This document shows, piece after piece, positions 28,780 to 37,680 of a DNA stretch of 64,000 nt. Each line of letters opens with the position of its first letter. Position 1 is the stretch's first letter. The notes below the pieces were generated by a model. That model had not been told where the DNA came from. It did not search any database and was given only the letters and a program-made list of their open reading frames with translations. This DNA is from an uncultured virus (IMG/VR IMGVR_UViG_3300046030_000062) (taxonomy: Duplodnaviria > Heunggongvirae > Uroviricota > Caudoviricetes). Made by a program: the position numbers and the translations under genes. Where the stretch lies: the IMG/VR virus record IMGVR_UViG_3300046030_000062, one strand, 5' to 3'.

Positions 28780-29041
28780 CGATCATCCCTCCAATCTGCT
28801 CCGGATCGTCAATGACATAGACCGGAAAACCCAGCTCCCGCAGCAGCCTGTGGCGTGAGAGCTGGAGCGGGCGTGGCTTTTTGCCGGGTGCCTTCAGCTC
28901 TGCGAAACCGATATGGCCGTCAGGGAGTAAGATCAGGCGGTCGGGCATTCCTGCAAAAGAGGGACACACCAGTTTAAGCGCGATCCCGCCACGCTTTTTA
29001 ACCGCCGTTGTTAACTTGTTTTCTATCTGTTTTTCTATCAT
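28760..29041 (-). CDS. VRR-NUC nuclease
   Basis: EKQIE, GMPDR, ELKAPG.KPR.LQ. Confidence 0.9.
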   Translation of the reverse strand: MIEKQIENKLTTAVKKRGGIALKLVCPSFAGMPDRLILLPDGHIGFAELKAPGKKPRPLQLSRHRLLRELGFPVYVIDDPEQIGGMIDELQST

Positions 29042-29078
29042 TGCAAACCTCCGTCAGGCGTGAATTTCAGGGAATGTG

Positions 29079-29169
29079 CAAGGTGTATCAATGGTGTTTA
29101 CTGAACTTTTTCTTAGAGCTATTTTTTAAGGCCTAAGAGAGTTTTTATATAAGACCTTGATACACCTTG
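29079..29169. repeat. 13-bp perfect inverted repeat flanking an AT-rich spacer (candidate replication origin)
   Basis: CAAGGTGTATCAA 29079-29091 / TTGATACACCTTG 29157-29169, just downstream of the primase-helicase. Confidence 0.7.
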
Positions 29170-29182
29170 TCATAAGTCCCGA

Positions 29183-31456
29183 TTACTGCAGAAAATCTTC
29201 CTCAGCGCCGTTATCCTCACGAATCTTTAAGCCCTTGAAATAGCGCTTCCGATTCAGTGTCAGCCGCTCAAATCCGGCCTTCTCCAGCGCAAAGTAAAAA
29301 TCTGCCGTACTTCGCACATACTCATTGCAGTCCAGCGAGTAGTTGCGGTACGCCTGATAGAGAGCCGAGGAGCTTTCCTTAAAGGACTCATCCACCTCGC
29401 ACTTCTCATCCAGAAAATGTCCGAACCAGTCGTTCTGGCTGCGATATTCCTCGATTGCCTTCGTCACGCAGTCCGGTACCGGGATCTGGTAACCGAGCTC
29501 GATGACCTTCTTGGCACCCTCAATCACCCACGCCAGAATGCTTTCACCGGCATTCTCATACAGGTACTCACCGTAATTCTTGATGTCGGCTTTGCCCTCG
29601 ATCTTGGCATTGAACGGGATCACGATGAGCCTGCGCCAGATACCGTCATCGGAGGCGGAGACGCGAGGCAGGTGATTCGTATACAGCACCAGCGTGTGGC
29701 AGGGCTTGAAGGAAAACGGGTCTTTATACTTTTTCTCCGCAAACACGTCATCCGTGGAGCAGAGCTGCTTGACGGTAGAATCGTTGAGCCTCGCGCCTTC
29801 CTGCATTTCCGCAGCGATCAGCAGGCGCTTGCCTTTGACCTCCGCCATTTCCGGTTTGATGTTCCTGCGGCAGCCGACGGTCAGGGTGTCTGCGGAGATA
29901 TTTCCGCTGTAGAGTCCCAACACGCGGGAGACGGCATTCCAGAAGGTGGACTTGCCGTTGCGCCCATCGCCGTATGCGATAATGAGCGCCTCCACATAGA
30001 CCTTGCCGATGACGGCCAGACCGCAAATCATCTGCACATAGTCAATAAGCTGCTGATCCTTCTGGAAAATCAGATCCAGATTGTCCTGCCAAAGCTGCGC
30101 TCCCTTACTGCCGGGCGAGACCGATGTAATCTTCGTAATAAAATCATCTGCTGAGTGCTCGCGGGCACCGGCCATACCTTTGCGAAGGTCGTAGGTTGCC
30201 TCCGGTGTGCAGAGTAGGAAGCAGTCCGCGTCCAAATCCCTCGGAGAGATTTCCAGCATCGGGTGTGACTCCTTGAGGGTCGATGTGATGTTTTTGGAAT
30301 CGCGCCTACGGATGGCAAAGCTCTGGTAGGCCTTGGCAGCAAGGAACTCCTGATAGGCCTTCATCTGCTCGTCGTTCATCAGCTGTTCGGCCTTTGCCTT
30401 AGAGGTGTTATCAATAATTTCCTGTGCTCCGCAGTTCTTGAGCTTTTGCAGCGCCTCGCACATAAGGCGACTGGATTCATTCAGCTGTCTGCGGGTCAGC
30501 TCATGGGCGACGGCCTGAGCGCCGGGCTCCGTTTCCTGCCAATAGTGATCGCTGTAGCGGATGAAGTGGGTGGCCGGTGAGTAGCGCAGCTCGTTTGCAA
30601 AATATTTCGAGAGCACCTCGGCCTGCCCGACGTCGGAAAAGTCCTCCGGCATATAGCTGTTCTCATCGTTGTAGACCTCCGGAGGGACATACCCGTCCTC
30701 ACGGCTGATCTTGGAATAGAAGCGCTGGGCGCTGTGCCAGATGGTTGTAAGCTCGTTGTTATCGAGAGGCGGCACGCAGGTCGCGGCCTTTTCCAGAAAG
30801 CTCTGGTAGGCTTTCTCCGTGTCGCCGTATTTCTTGATGACGATACCGGCAAAGCGGGACAGGGTGGCGTTGCGGCTGCCTTCCGGAATCGTGGCGTCCT
30901 TTTCATGCCCGCCGGGCAGGCCTGCATCAAACTCGTCATCATTCAAAAATTCCGTGAGATTCATGCGACCGGGATAGAGCTCCACATTCGGCTCCAGTGT
31001 CCCGAAGAAGAAGCGTGCCGCATCCAGCGCATTCGTATCGAAATACGGGAAGATGGAATTGACCAGCTTCTTCATGTCGCTGTAAAGGGTAGCGTCTGTT
31101 ACGCGCTCAATGGGAAAGAGCACATGGAACTTTGGCCTTGCAGGCTTGCCGTTTTTCTCGCGCTGGTTGAAACGGCTGTAGTGAATAGCAATGCTGACGC
31201 CGGGAAAGGCCTCCAGCACATCTGCCGGTGTGATCCAGTCCTTCGGATCTTCTGAGTGGTCGTTGTCACAATCCACAGGAAGGCAGTCAGCGGAGAGAAA
31301 ATTGGCACCGTTGCGGTAGTGGTGCTTGTATTCCGCACATACATAGTCGTGGCCGACCGCTTCCTTTAAGCTGTCCGTATCCATGACCACGGTCTTATGC
31401 GGATAGGAGCAGTTTCCGGGATTGCCGATAAAATCAGCACTATAAAGGGTAAACAT
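29183..31456 (-). CDS. Primase-helicase, P4/D5 family (AEP + PriCT + SF3 helicase)
   Basis: DCDN, EGSRN (PriCT), GDGRNGKST Walker A, IWRRL..IPF. Confidence 0.92.
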   Translation of the reverse strand: MFTLYSADFIGNPGNCSYPHKTVVMDTDSLKEAVGHDYVCAEYKHHYRNGANFLSADCLPVDCDNDHSEDPKDWITPADVLEAFPGVSIAIHYSRFNQREKNGKPARPKFHVLFPIERVTDATLYSDMKKLVNSIFPYFDTNALDAARFFFGTLEPNVELYPGRMNLTEFLNDDEFDAGLPGGHEKDATIPEGSRNATLSRFAGIVIKKYGDTEKAYQSFLEKAATCVPPLDNNELTTIWHSAQRFYSKISREDGYVPPEVYNDENSYMPEDFSDVGQAEVLSKYFANELRYSPATHFIRYSDHYWQETEPGAQAVAHELTRRQLNESSRLMCEALQKLKNCGAQEIIDNTSKAKAEQLMNDEQMKAYQEFLAAKAYQSFAIRRRDSKNITSTLKESHPMLEISPRDLDADCFLLCTPEATYDLRKGMAGAREHSADDFITKITSVSPGSKGAQLWQDNLDLIFQKDQQLIDYVQMICGLAVIGKVYVEALIIAYGDGRNGKSTFWNAVSRVLGLYSGNISADTLTVGCRRNIKPEMAEVKGKRLLIAAEMQEGARLNDSTVKQLCSTDDVFAEKKYKDPFSFKPCHTLVLYTNHLPRVSASDDGIWRRLIVIPFNAKIEGKADIKNYGEYLYENAGESILAWVIEGAKKVIELGYQIPVPDCVTKAIEEYRSQNDWFGHFLDEKCEVDESFKESSSALYQAYRNYSLDCNEYVRSTADFYFALEKAGFERLTLNRKRYFKGLKIREDNGAEEDFLQ

Positions 31457-31785
31457 CAGTCATACACCTCCTCCGATTCTTCCTCCAGCACCTTCGTGAT
31501 AAATTTCAGAGCGCGGATCATGGTCTCCAGCTCGCAGTCGCCGCCGAGGGTAACCTCGAATCCGTCACACCCGTATTTGCTGAGGATTGGCTTTATCTCC
31601 ATATCCGTGCTGGCCTCGTCCTGAATGCGGAAATAGGTGCGGCCACCATGACCGGTGTCGCCTCCCTTATATCCGGTTGTTCCGGCCTCGACCTGCAGGA
31701 TATTGCAGCTGACCACGTCGCGGGTGTATGTGGTGATCTCGGTGCCATCATCGAGCTTTCTGCGTCTTTCTGTTACTTCATACAT
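31456..31785 (-). CDS. Hypothetical phage protein
   Basis: Coupled ORF with GTTGYKGGD.GHG motif. Confidence 0.7.
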   Translation of the reverse strand: MYEVTERRRKLDDGTEITTYTRDVVSCNILQVEAGTTGYKGGDTGHGGRTYFRIQDEASTDMEIKPILSKYGCDGFEVTLGGDCELETMIRALKFITKVLEEESEEVYD

Positions 31786-31789
31786 AGCG

Positions 31790-32212
31790 TTAAACCTCCT
31801 GACATTCTTCTGTGAAATAGCGCAAGCGATAGTCCTTCCACTTGGCGCGTTTGATTTCTGATTCCATCCCGGATGAGATGTGGCTGCCGAATACCCAGAC
31901 CTCGGCGCACTTGCTCATGAGGGCGTTCCCGAAAAACAATCCCAGCTCTCGTTCTGCAGGATCGTTATCATCAAGGAACTGCGGAAACAGCAGGTGCGGT
32001 GCGATAGGGATATATCCCTTGTCTACGGCAAAGCGGCTGTAGCGTCTGGCGTTGGCGACGTTGCCTTCCACATCTCCGGAAAACGGAGAGCAGATGTAGA
32101 CGATAGGCCTGAAAGCGCGTAGGGATTGCTTTTCATTTGCGGCAATCCGGGAGAGCGCTTCACCGGCAGTCGGGTCAGGATAGCCCTCGCTGTTGTGATA
32201 ATCGTTACTCAA
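31790..32212 (-). CDS. DUF4406-like (nucleoside deoxyribosyltransferase-like fold) protein
   Basis: NSEGYPDPTA, VYICSP..GD, APHL, S.GM..EI; TTG start with AGGAGG. Confidence 0.7.
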   Translation of the reverse strand: MSNDYHNSEGYPDPTAGEALSRIAANEKQSLRAFRPIVYICSPFSGDVEGNVANARRYSRFAVDKGYIPIAPHLLFPQFLDDNDPAERELGLFFGNALMSKCAEVWVFGSHISSGMESEIKRAKWKDYRLRYFTEECQEV

Positions 32213-32258
32213 ACCAGAGTCCTCCTTTCCGGGCAGACTTAAGGCGTCCACCTCCAAT

Positions 32259-32291
32259 TTCCACTGGAGATGAACGCCTGATTTGAGCGGA
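32259..32291 (-). promoter_or_regulatory. Motif A copy
   Basis: TTCCACTGGAGATGAAC-N6-TTTGAGCGGA on +, just after the polymerase stop. Confidence 0.7.
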
Positions 32292-32297
32292 CGATTT

Positions 32298-34286
32298 TTA
32301 ATCTTTTTTGTAGAAGGGTGTGATGTAACCGTCGGCGCGGAGCTTCAGGCCTTTTGCCCACGGCGGAGTCCTGCCCATCTGTTCACAGAGCACATCAAGA
32401 GACATACGCGGATCGGCCTCGATGACCAGCTCGTCGTGGATGTGCATAACGATGGAGCAGCAGCGCAGCGTCTTCATGGCGTAGCAGAGGATGTCGCGGG
32501 AGGTCGCCTGCACGATGTTTTCCACAAATTTCGGGCCGTATGAGTTGAGCCGTTCCCATTTTTTCGTGCTGCCGATGCCTTCATAGGTGATACACTCGCC
32601 GCCGAATTTGTTTGTGCCGACCTTGGGCTTCACATAGGCGAGGTTTCGTCCGGAGGGCAGCGTGATAAAGAGCATCCCGGAGCGACAGGAGAAGGTAAGC
32701 CCGTAGCTGCTGGTCGTGTGCTTATACTTCACAGCCTCCATGACAGCACGGTCGACATCCCACCAGAATTTCACGATGTTCGGATTCGTCTGCCGCCATG
32801 CGTCCACCAGCGGAGGAAGCTCATCTTCAGATAAGCCCATCTCGATGGCTCCCATTGCCTTTAAGGCTCCTACCGAGCCGCCGTAGCCGAGCGCGAGCTC
32901 TGCGATTTTTCCTTTTTGACGCAGGTGCCCGTTTACGCCGTACTTCTCGACCGGGACATGGAACATATGCGATGCGCTGGCGCAATAAATATCGCCGCCG
33001 TTCTCGAATACCTTCTGCCGCCACATCTCACCGGCATACCAAGCGATAACGCGGGCTTCGATGGCGCTGAAGTCGGAAACATAGAACTGCGTACCGCCCT
33101 TCGGAATGAAGGCCGTCCGGATCAGCTGCGAGAGCGTGTCCGGCACATCTTCATACAGGAGCTTTACAGCCTCAAAGTCGCCGGATTTCACAAGGGCGCG
33201 GGCGTCGGCCAGATCCGGGAGATGATTTTGCGGGAGGTTTTGCAATTGTATGAGCCTTCCTGCCCAGCGACCGGTGCGGTTGGCTCCGTAAAAAGCAAAC
33301 ATGCCGCGAGCTCTGCCGCCGTCACAGACCGCACGCTCCATCGTCTGATATTTCTTGACGGAGGACTTGGCAAGCTGTTGGCGAAGTTCCAACACGGTCT
33401 GCAGCTCCGGCGGAGCGGTTTTAATGAGCTCTGCCACGACTTTCTTACCGAGGGTATCGGTTTCGAGGCCGTTGTCGGAGAGCCACTGCTTCATCTGCTG
33501 GACGCTGTTTGGATTATCGAGTGCCGTAATATCCTTCATGGCCGCCGTAAGCTCCGAGCGGGAGAGGGTATCCATTTCGATGGCTTCCTTCACCAGATCC
33601 ATGTCGAGCCGGACACCACGGTCGTTGATTTCTTGGTCAATGTGGTATTCATCCCAGACCGCATCAGGCACCGGAAACTTGGAGAGACGCTGCTGGATCG
33701 CCATTTCGACTTCCACATCCCGCTTGTTATATGCCTTAAAGAGAGACCACTTCTCCGGATCGTGAAAGGGCAGGTTCCGGGTGCGACCGCCGTTTACCTT
33801 TGTGGGAGCGCAGGGCACAGAGAAATATTTGATGAGCGCCTTGCCCTCATCCAGCTTCTGTTCTTCGAGCCTTAACACCTGCCCGACGCCTTTTAAGGAG
33901 AGCGGCAGTCCCATCGTGGCCGCCCAGACCATAGAGCAGCGCCAGCTTTCCGGATTCAGGAACCGGGCGCACTCCTGAGAGAGCGGATGATTATCGTGAA
34001 AAGGATCAAGGCTTACTCCCAGATCGGACAGATACCGGGATAAGCAGACACGTTCAAAGTTTGCATTGAAAGCCCATTTGAGGACAGTATCATCGGTCAG
34101 GGCGTCGAGGACTTCCTGCGGTATTTGTTCTCCTTGCGCAAGGTCGATGACCTGCACATCGCTGCCGTCGATGGCGTAGCCGAAAAGCAGAATCTCAAAG
34201 TTCGGAGACTCCGCATATTTGTAGACACCGCATTTATTCAGATCGACGTCCGAAAACGTCTCTATGTCTATGGATATGTTTTTCAA
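32298..34286 (-). CDS. Phage DNA polymerase, family A
   Basis: IDIET exonuclease motif, RTGRWAG, DFSAIEAR (motif A), KIAELALGYG (B), HIHDE (C). Confidence 0.93.
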   Translation of the reverse strand: MKNISIDIETFSDVDLNKCGVYKYAESPNFEILLFGYAIDGSDVQVIDLAQGEQIPQEVLDALTDDTVLKWAFNANFERVCLSRYLSDLGVSLDPFHDNHPLSQECARFLNPESWRCSMVWAATMGLPLSLKGVGQVLRLEEQKLDEGKALIKYFSVPCAPTKVNGGRTRNLPFHDPEKWSLFKAYNKRDVEVEMAIQQRLSKFPVPDAVWDEYHIDQEINDRGVRLDMDLVKEAIEMDTLSRSELTAAMKDITALDNPNSVQQMKQWLSDNGLETDTLGKKVVAELIKTAPPELQTVLELRQQLAKSSVKKYQTMERAVCDGGRARGMFAFYGANRTGRWAGRLIQLQNLPQNHLPDLADARALVKSGDFEAVKLLYEDVPDTLSQLIRTAFIPKGGTQFYVSDFSAIEARVIAWYAGEMWRQKVFENGGDIYCASASHMFHVPVEKYGVNGHLRQKGKIAELALGYGGSVGALKAMGAIEMGLSEDELPPLVDAWRQTNPNIVKFWWDVDRAVMEAVKYKHTTSSYGLTFSCRSGMLFITLPSGRNLAYVKPKVGTNKFGGECITYEGIGSTKKWERLNSYGPKFVENIVQATSRDILCYAMKTLRCCSIVMHIHDELVIEADPRMSLDVLCEQMGRTPPWAKGLKLRADGYITPFYKKD

Positions 34287-34345
34287 TCGGATCACCTCAA
34301 TTCAAACAAGCGGCAGAGAATGTATCCCTGCCGCCCGTCCGTTGC

Positions 34346-34537
34346 TTATTTGTCGAAGGACTTCATGCGCTTCTCGTGGTATTCGTCGTCCTGCACGGCC
34401 TTTTTCTCCTCGCGTTTCTCACGCTTGAAGTCATTGATGACCGTCTGGATGGCGACCACTGCCCAAGACAGGACTACGATGCAGAAGCACCCGATCAGGA
34501 TGTTGCAGAGAATCGTGGAAATAGCAATCTCGTTCAT
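34346..34537 (-). CDS. Small membrane protein
   Basis: One hydrophobic helix and charged tail; RBS GGAGGAG. Confidence 0.6.
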   Translation of the reverse strand: MNEIAISTILCNILIGCFCIVVLSWAVVAIQTVINDFKREKREEKKAVQDDEYHEKRMKSFDK

Positions 34538-34550
34538 GTTCGCTCCTCCA

Positions 34551-35123
34551 TTAGTTCAGGAAATCTTCATCGTCGTCAGTGGCGAAGTCGGACTCAGCGC
34601 TGGCCTTGCCGCCGAGAGGCTCACCGTCACGGATCTTCTGCAGGTTGTTAAGCCCGCAGGCGATGCCCTTGTTGCCGGAGCTGTTGAAGGCGTAGAAGGT
34701 GATGCTGGCGCGGCCATACACACCGGAATACACCTCAGAGCGGGTGAGGATCGGGTTCAGGTCTGCATCCACGATGCCGGGTGCAGAGGTGGCGTTGGCA
34801 TTGACGAAGTAGGCGTTCTTGTAGGCCTCGTCGTCCGGACGCTCCGCATCGCCATCGCGCAGAGGCGTCTTCAGGACAGAGAGCGCCGGTACGGATTTGC
34901 CGTTGCCCTTGAGCTTGGCCTCGCCCTCCTTGTAGGCGGCTTCGATGGCGGCCTTGATCTTGGCGATGGTCTTGGTGTCGGACTTCGGGATGATGAGGCT
35001 CACGCTGTACTTGGGCGTGCCGCCGTTGATGGACTTCGGCTCCCAGACGTTCGCGTAGCTCCAGCGGGTGTCAACACCGGTGATAACCTTCATGGGATTG
35101 CTGATTTTTACATTCTTACTCAT
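34551..35123 (-). CDS. DUF2815 family ssDNA-binding protein (T7 gp2.5-like)
   Basis: RWSYA, PLRDGD, YSGVY, GLNNLQ, acidic C-terminal tail. Confidence 0.85.
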   Translation of the reverse strand: MSKNVKISNPMKVITGVDTRWSYANVWEPKSINGGTPKYSVSLIIPKSDTKTIAKIKAAIEAAYKEGEAKLKGNGKSVPALSVLKTPLRDGDAERPDDEAYKNAYFVNANATSAPGIVDADLNPILTRSEVYSGVYGRASITFYAFNSSGNKGIACGLNNLQKIRDGEPLGGKASAESDFATDDDEDFLN

Positions 35124-36255
35124 TGTCGTTTTCCTCCATAAAATCATTTTTTGCTGTATTCATGGCCGGGCGCTTGTCGCTATCCGGCACAAGTGTGGGT
35201 TTTCCCTGCGGCTTTTCGATGTAGGCCGTCAGGAGTTCATCAAAGCGGGACTTGCCGAGGAGCTTCTGCATGGCTGTGATGCCGAGCAGTTTTTTCTCAT
35301 AAGGGTCAAAGCCCGCATTCTCGACCGCCTGAATGACTGCGGCCTCGTTGCCGTATTTCCTGTTGGAGCGGCCTTCGACTAACTTGAAGCCGTCCCATTC
35401 CTTACCGGAGAGCGCCTGCTGAAGGGCGTATTCCTTGATATCGGATGCCCAGCTCACAAGCTCGTCCACCTTGGAGAGGATGACCTCAACCTCGGTATCT
35501 GAAAGCAGCGGCGGGAGCTTAAAATCGTACTGCGCCAATTTCAGGTTAGCTTCGGCTCTGGCACGGCACTCGTTCTTGGCCTTGCAGAAGCCGCACCATT
35601 CACCGCAGAGGAAGTTCCCGTCTCCGGCGAAGGCAAGCTCCGCAGTGGGTTTCAGTACTTCGTCCGCCCAGCGGTACAGGTCATCTTTGCTGATCTCGTA
35701 GGTGCTGACGTTCTGGCGTCTCGGCTGGTAGATGGTCATGCTGACCTTTTCGATGTCGTAGATATCATCGAAGAGCTCCAAGGCACCGAGGGCGTAGCAT
35801 TCCATCTGCGGATTCTCGTCTGCTGATACCAGAACGCCTAAGCCATGCTTGTAGTCGATCACCCGGAGCGTACCGTCCGCAATGATGATGCAGTCGGCGG
35901 TTCCGAAGCCCTGTTCTACCCAGCGGGAGAAGTCCACTCGCTGCTCAATCAGGACAACCGGATCAGCGCAGGTCTTCTTTGCGGCCTCGACCTGTTCCAG
36001 CACGTATTCGGCATAGCCGGTGGTGCAGTCCTCCATCTCTTCGGAATACCAGGAGAGGTTTTCGGTCGGGTCTTCTGCCGGGAGCCCAAGCGCTTTTTTT
36101 AGCTTGTACTCGGCAAGCGAGTGGGCGTCGGTGCCTTCAGCAGCGTAGTCACTTCCTTTATCCTCATAGGATTCAGAGAGCCTTGCGGAAGGCGGGCAGT
36201 GGAGCCAGCGGTCAGAGCTTGATGCGGAGAGGATCGCGTGCTGTTTAGCTGCCAT
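35116..36255 (-). CDS. DUF2800 family Cas4-like PD-(D/E)xK nuclease
   Basis: HAILSASS..RW..CP, GTAD, IDYK.G, Q..YA, WC.FC...C. Confidence 0.85.
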   Translation of the reverse strand: MAAKQHAILSASSSDRWLHCPPSARLSESYEDKGSDYAAEGTDAHSLAEYKLKKALGLPAEDPTENLSWYSEEMEDCTTGYAEYVLEQVEAAKKTCADPVVLIEQRVDFSRWVEQGFGTADCIIIADGTLRVIDYKHGLGVLVSADENPQMECYALGALELFDDIYDIEKVSMTIYQPRRQNVSTYEISKDDLYRWADEVLKPTAELAFAGDGNFLCGEWCGFCKAKNECRARAEANLKLAQYDFKLPPLLSDTEVEVILSKVDELVSWASDIKEYALQQALSGKEWDGFKLVEGRSNRKYGNEAAVIQAVENAGFDPYEKKLLGITAMQKLLGKSRFDELLTAYIEKPQGKPTLVPDSDKRPAMNTAKNDFMEENDNE

Positions 36256-36577
36256 TTCCGATTACCTCCGCGTCCTTGAGCAGGGCTTCGTAGTTTGCCG
36301 GATCTACGGCAGAGAGCCTTGCGGCTCCGTATTTCTGGAGCAGTTCTCTGACTTCTGCGGTATGGCCTGCGCGGGAGAGGTTAGCGAGAACCGGCCTCAC
36401 ATCCTCAAGCTTCAGTTCAGGTTTTTCATCCTTCTTGGCAGCACTTTTAGAACTCTGCTGCTTAGATTCATCCTGACCAGAAAACTGCTGTGCCAGCCAT
36501 TCGGCTGCGTCGTTAATAGCAGCAGCGGCTCTGTGCAGGTCTTCTATGGTCTGTGCCATATCTGCCATCTTTGACAT
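36245..36577 (-). CDS. Conserved hypothetical phage protein
   Basis: LEDVR..L...SR.G....V..LL.KYGA.LS motif, typical upstream of DUF2800. Confidence 0.75.
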   Translation of the reverse strand: MSKMADMAQTIEDLHRAAAAINDAAEWLAQQFSGQDESKQQSSKSAAKKDEKPELKLEDVRPVLANLSRAGHTAEVRELLQKYGAARLSAVDPANYEALLKDAEVIGNGS

Positions 36578-36722
36578 TTGTTTTTCCTCCTTCCTCGGAT
36601 TTGCTGGTTGCGGCAAGAATTGAGAGGTTTCTTGCCAGTCGGGCGGATACGTGGCTGATGGAGTTCAGAAGTTTGATCTCCTCGTTGACGTTCCCGCCAG
36701 TGTTTGCGTAACTGCGGTACAT
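36513..36722 (-). CDS. Hypothetical protein
   Basis: RBS GAGGTG; first gene after motif A; overlaps the next gene. Confidence 0.55.
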   Translation of the reverse strand: MYRSYANTGGNVNEEIKLLNSISHVSARLARNLSILAATSKSEEGGKTNVKDGRYGTDHRRPAQSRCCY

Positions 36723-36767
36723 ACTGTTCACCTCGCTTTCTGAAGGCGTTTCTCTCTGTCCTTCAAG

Positions 36768-36800
36768 TTCCACTGGAGATGAGCAGTCATTTTGAGCGGA
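36768..36800 (-). promoter_or_regulatory. Motif A copy heading the replication operon
   Basis: TTCCACTGGAGATGAGC-N6-TTTGAGCGGA on +. Confidence 0.7.
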
Positions 36801-36801
36801 G

Positions 36802-36853
36802 GAAAAATAAAAAAACTTCCGACCGCCATCCTGAAGTGGGACAGTGGCCGGAA
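36802..36853 (-). terminator. Intrinsic terminator after the sigma-like gene
   Basis: TTCCGGCCACTG...GGCGGTCGGAA stem followed by a T-rich tract on minus. Confidence 0.7.
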
Positions 36854-36878
36854 ATGCTGTGGTTCGTGGTATGGGATA

Positions 36879-37385
36879 TTACTTGCCGTCTCTGATTCTT
36901 CTTAAATCAGTACGGTATTTTTTCATCTGATCCGCGAAGGTCTTCTGCGGACGACCGAGTTCTCTTGCGATGGCTCTGTCGGAGATGCCTTCCGGGTGAT
37001 CCTGCCAAAGCTGGATAATGGTATCCGCTTCGGGATCAAGTTCACGGAGACGAGCGAAGAGCTGCTCAAGAAGCTGACGGTCAGCAATCACATCTTCCAT
37101 AGAAGGACTCTCGTCCGGGATGTAATCGTACATGCTGCCGTTGCCGTCCGGGTTAGGCACATCCAGAGAAAGGGTGTCACCCGCCGCGTGATACTCGCAG
37201 CCGACGCAATCGCCGTCACACTTCCAGATGAAGCGGTAAGGGCACATGCATCTGCCGTGGTTCTGTTCCTTGTCACGGATGCGGGACGCTTCTCTATAGA
37301 AGGAATCGTGCTGCTCCTTTGTGACCGGAACCTTCTCACCGGTGCTACGGATGTAGATGAAATACTGCTTTACTTCTTTTGACAT
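36879..37385 (-). CDS. Sigma-70 region-4-like regulator with Cys4 cluster
   Basis: C-x9-C-x3-C-x2-C, then LSLD, and C-terminal SDRAIARELG HTH. Confidence 0.75.
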   Translation of the reverse strand: MSKEVKQYFIYIRSTGEKVPVTKEQHDSFYREASRIRDKEQNHGRCMCPYRFIWKCDGDCVGCEYHAAGDTLSLDVPNPDGNGSMYDYIPDESPSMEDVIADRQLLEQLFARLRELDPEADTIIQLWQDHPEGISDRAIARELGRPQKTFADQMKKYRTDLRRIRDGK

Positions 37386-37680
37386 AAATTTTTCCTCCTG
37401 TGATTTGCTGTTTGTGAGCAATCGCAGGGGGAAAATTCATAGGTCGTTCATCGTTTGTCAGTATTTGCAGATTGATTTTTACTGACTATTTCGATATAAT
37501 AGGAGTTAGTGGGAAACACTTGGAATTACCACGAACCACGGAACCTATATATCGAGCCGATGCCAGAAGCCAATTAGCCCCTGTGACTACTTCACAAGAG
37601 CCATCCAATCGTTCGGTAGGTCGGCTGCTATAGTTCGTAAGGTTCTTAAGGTTCGACTTGAAAATTTGGAGAGAAAAACA

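Noticed and set aside
35116..36255. Cas4-like nuclease as part of a CRISPR system
   Set aside because: It sits in the usual DUF2800-DUF2815-PolA phage replication block, with no array or other cas genes.
37421..37680. LexA (SOS) box in the divergent control region
   Set aside because: Only directly repeated GAAC/GTTC half-sites were seen, with no CGAAC-N4-GTTCG palindrome.
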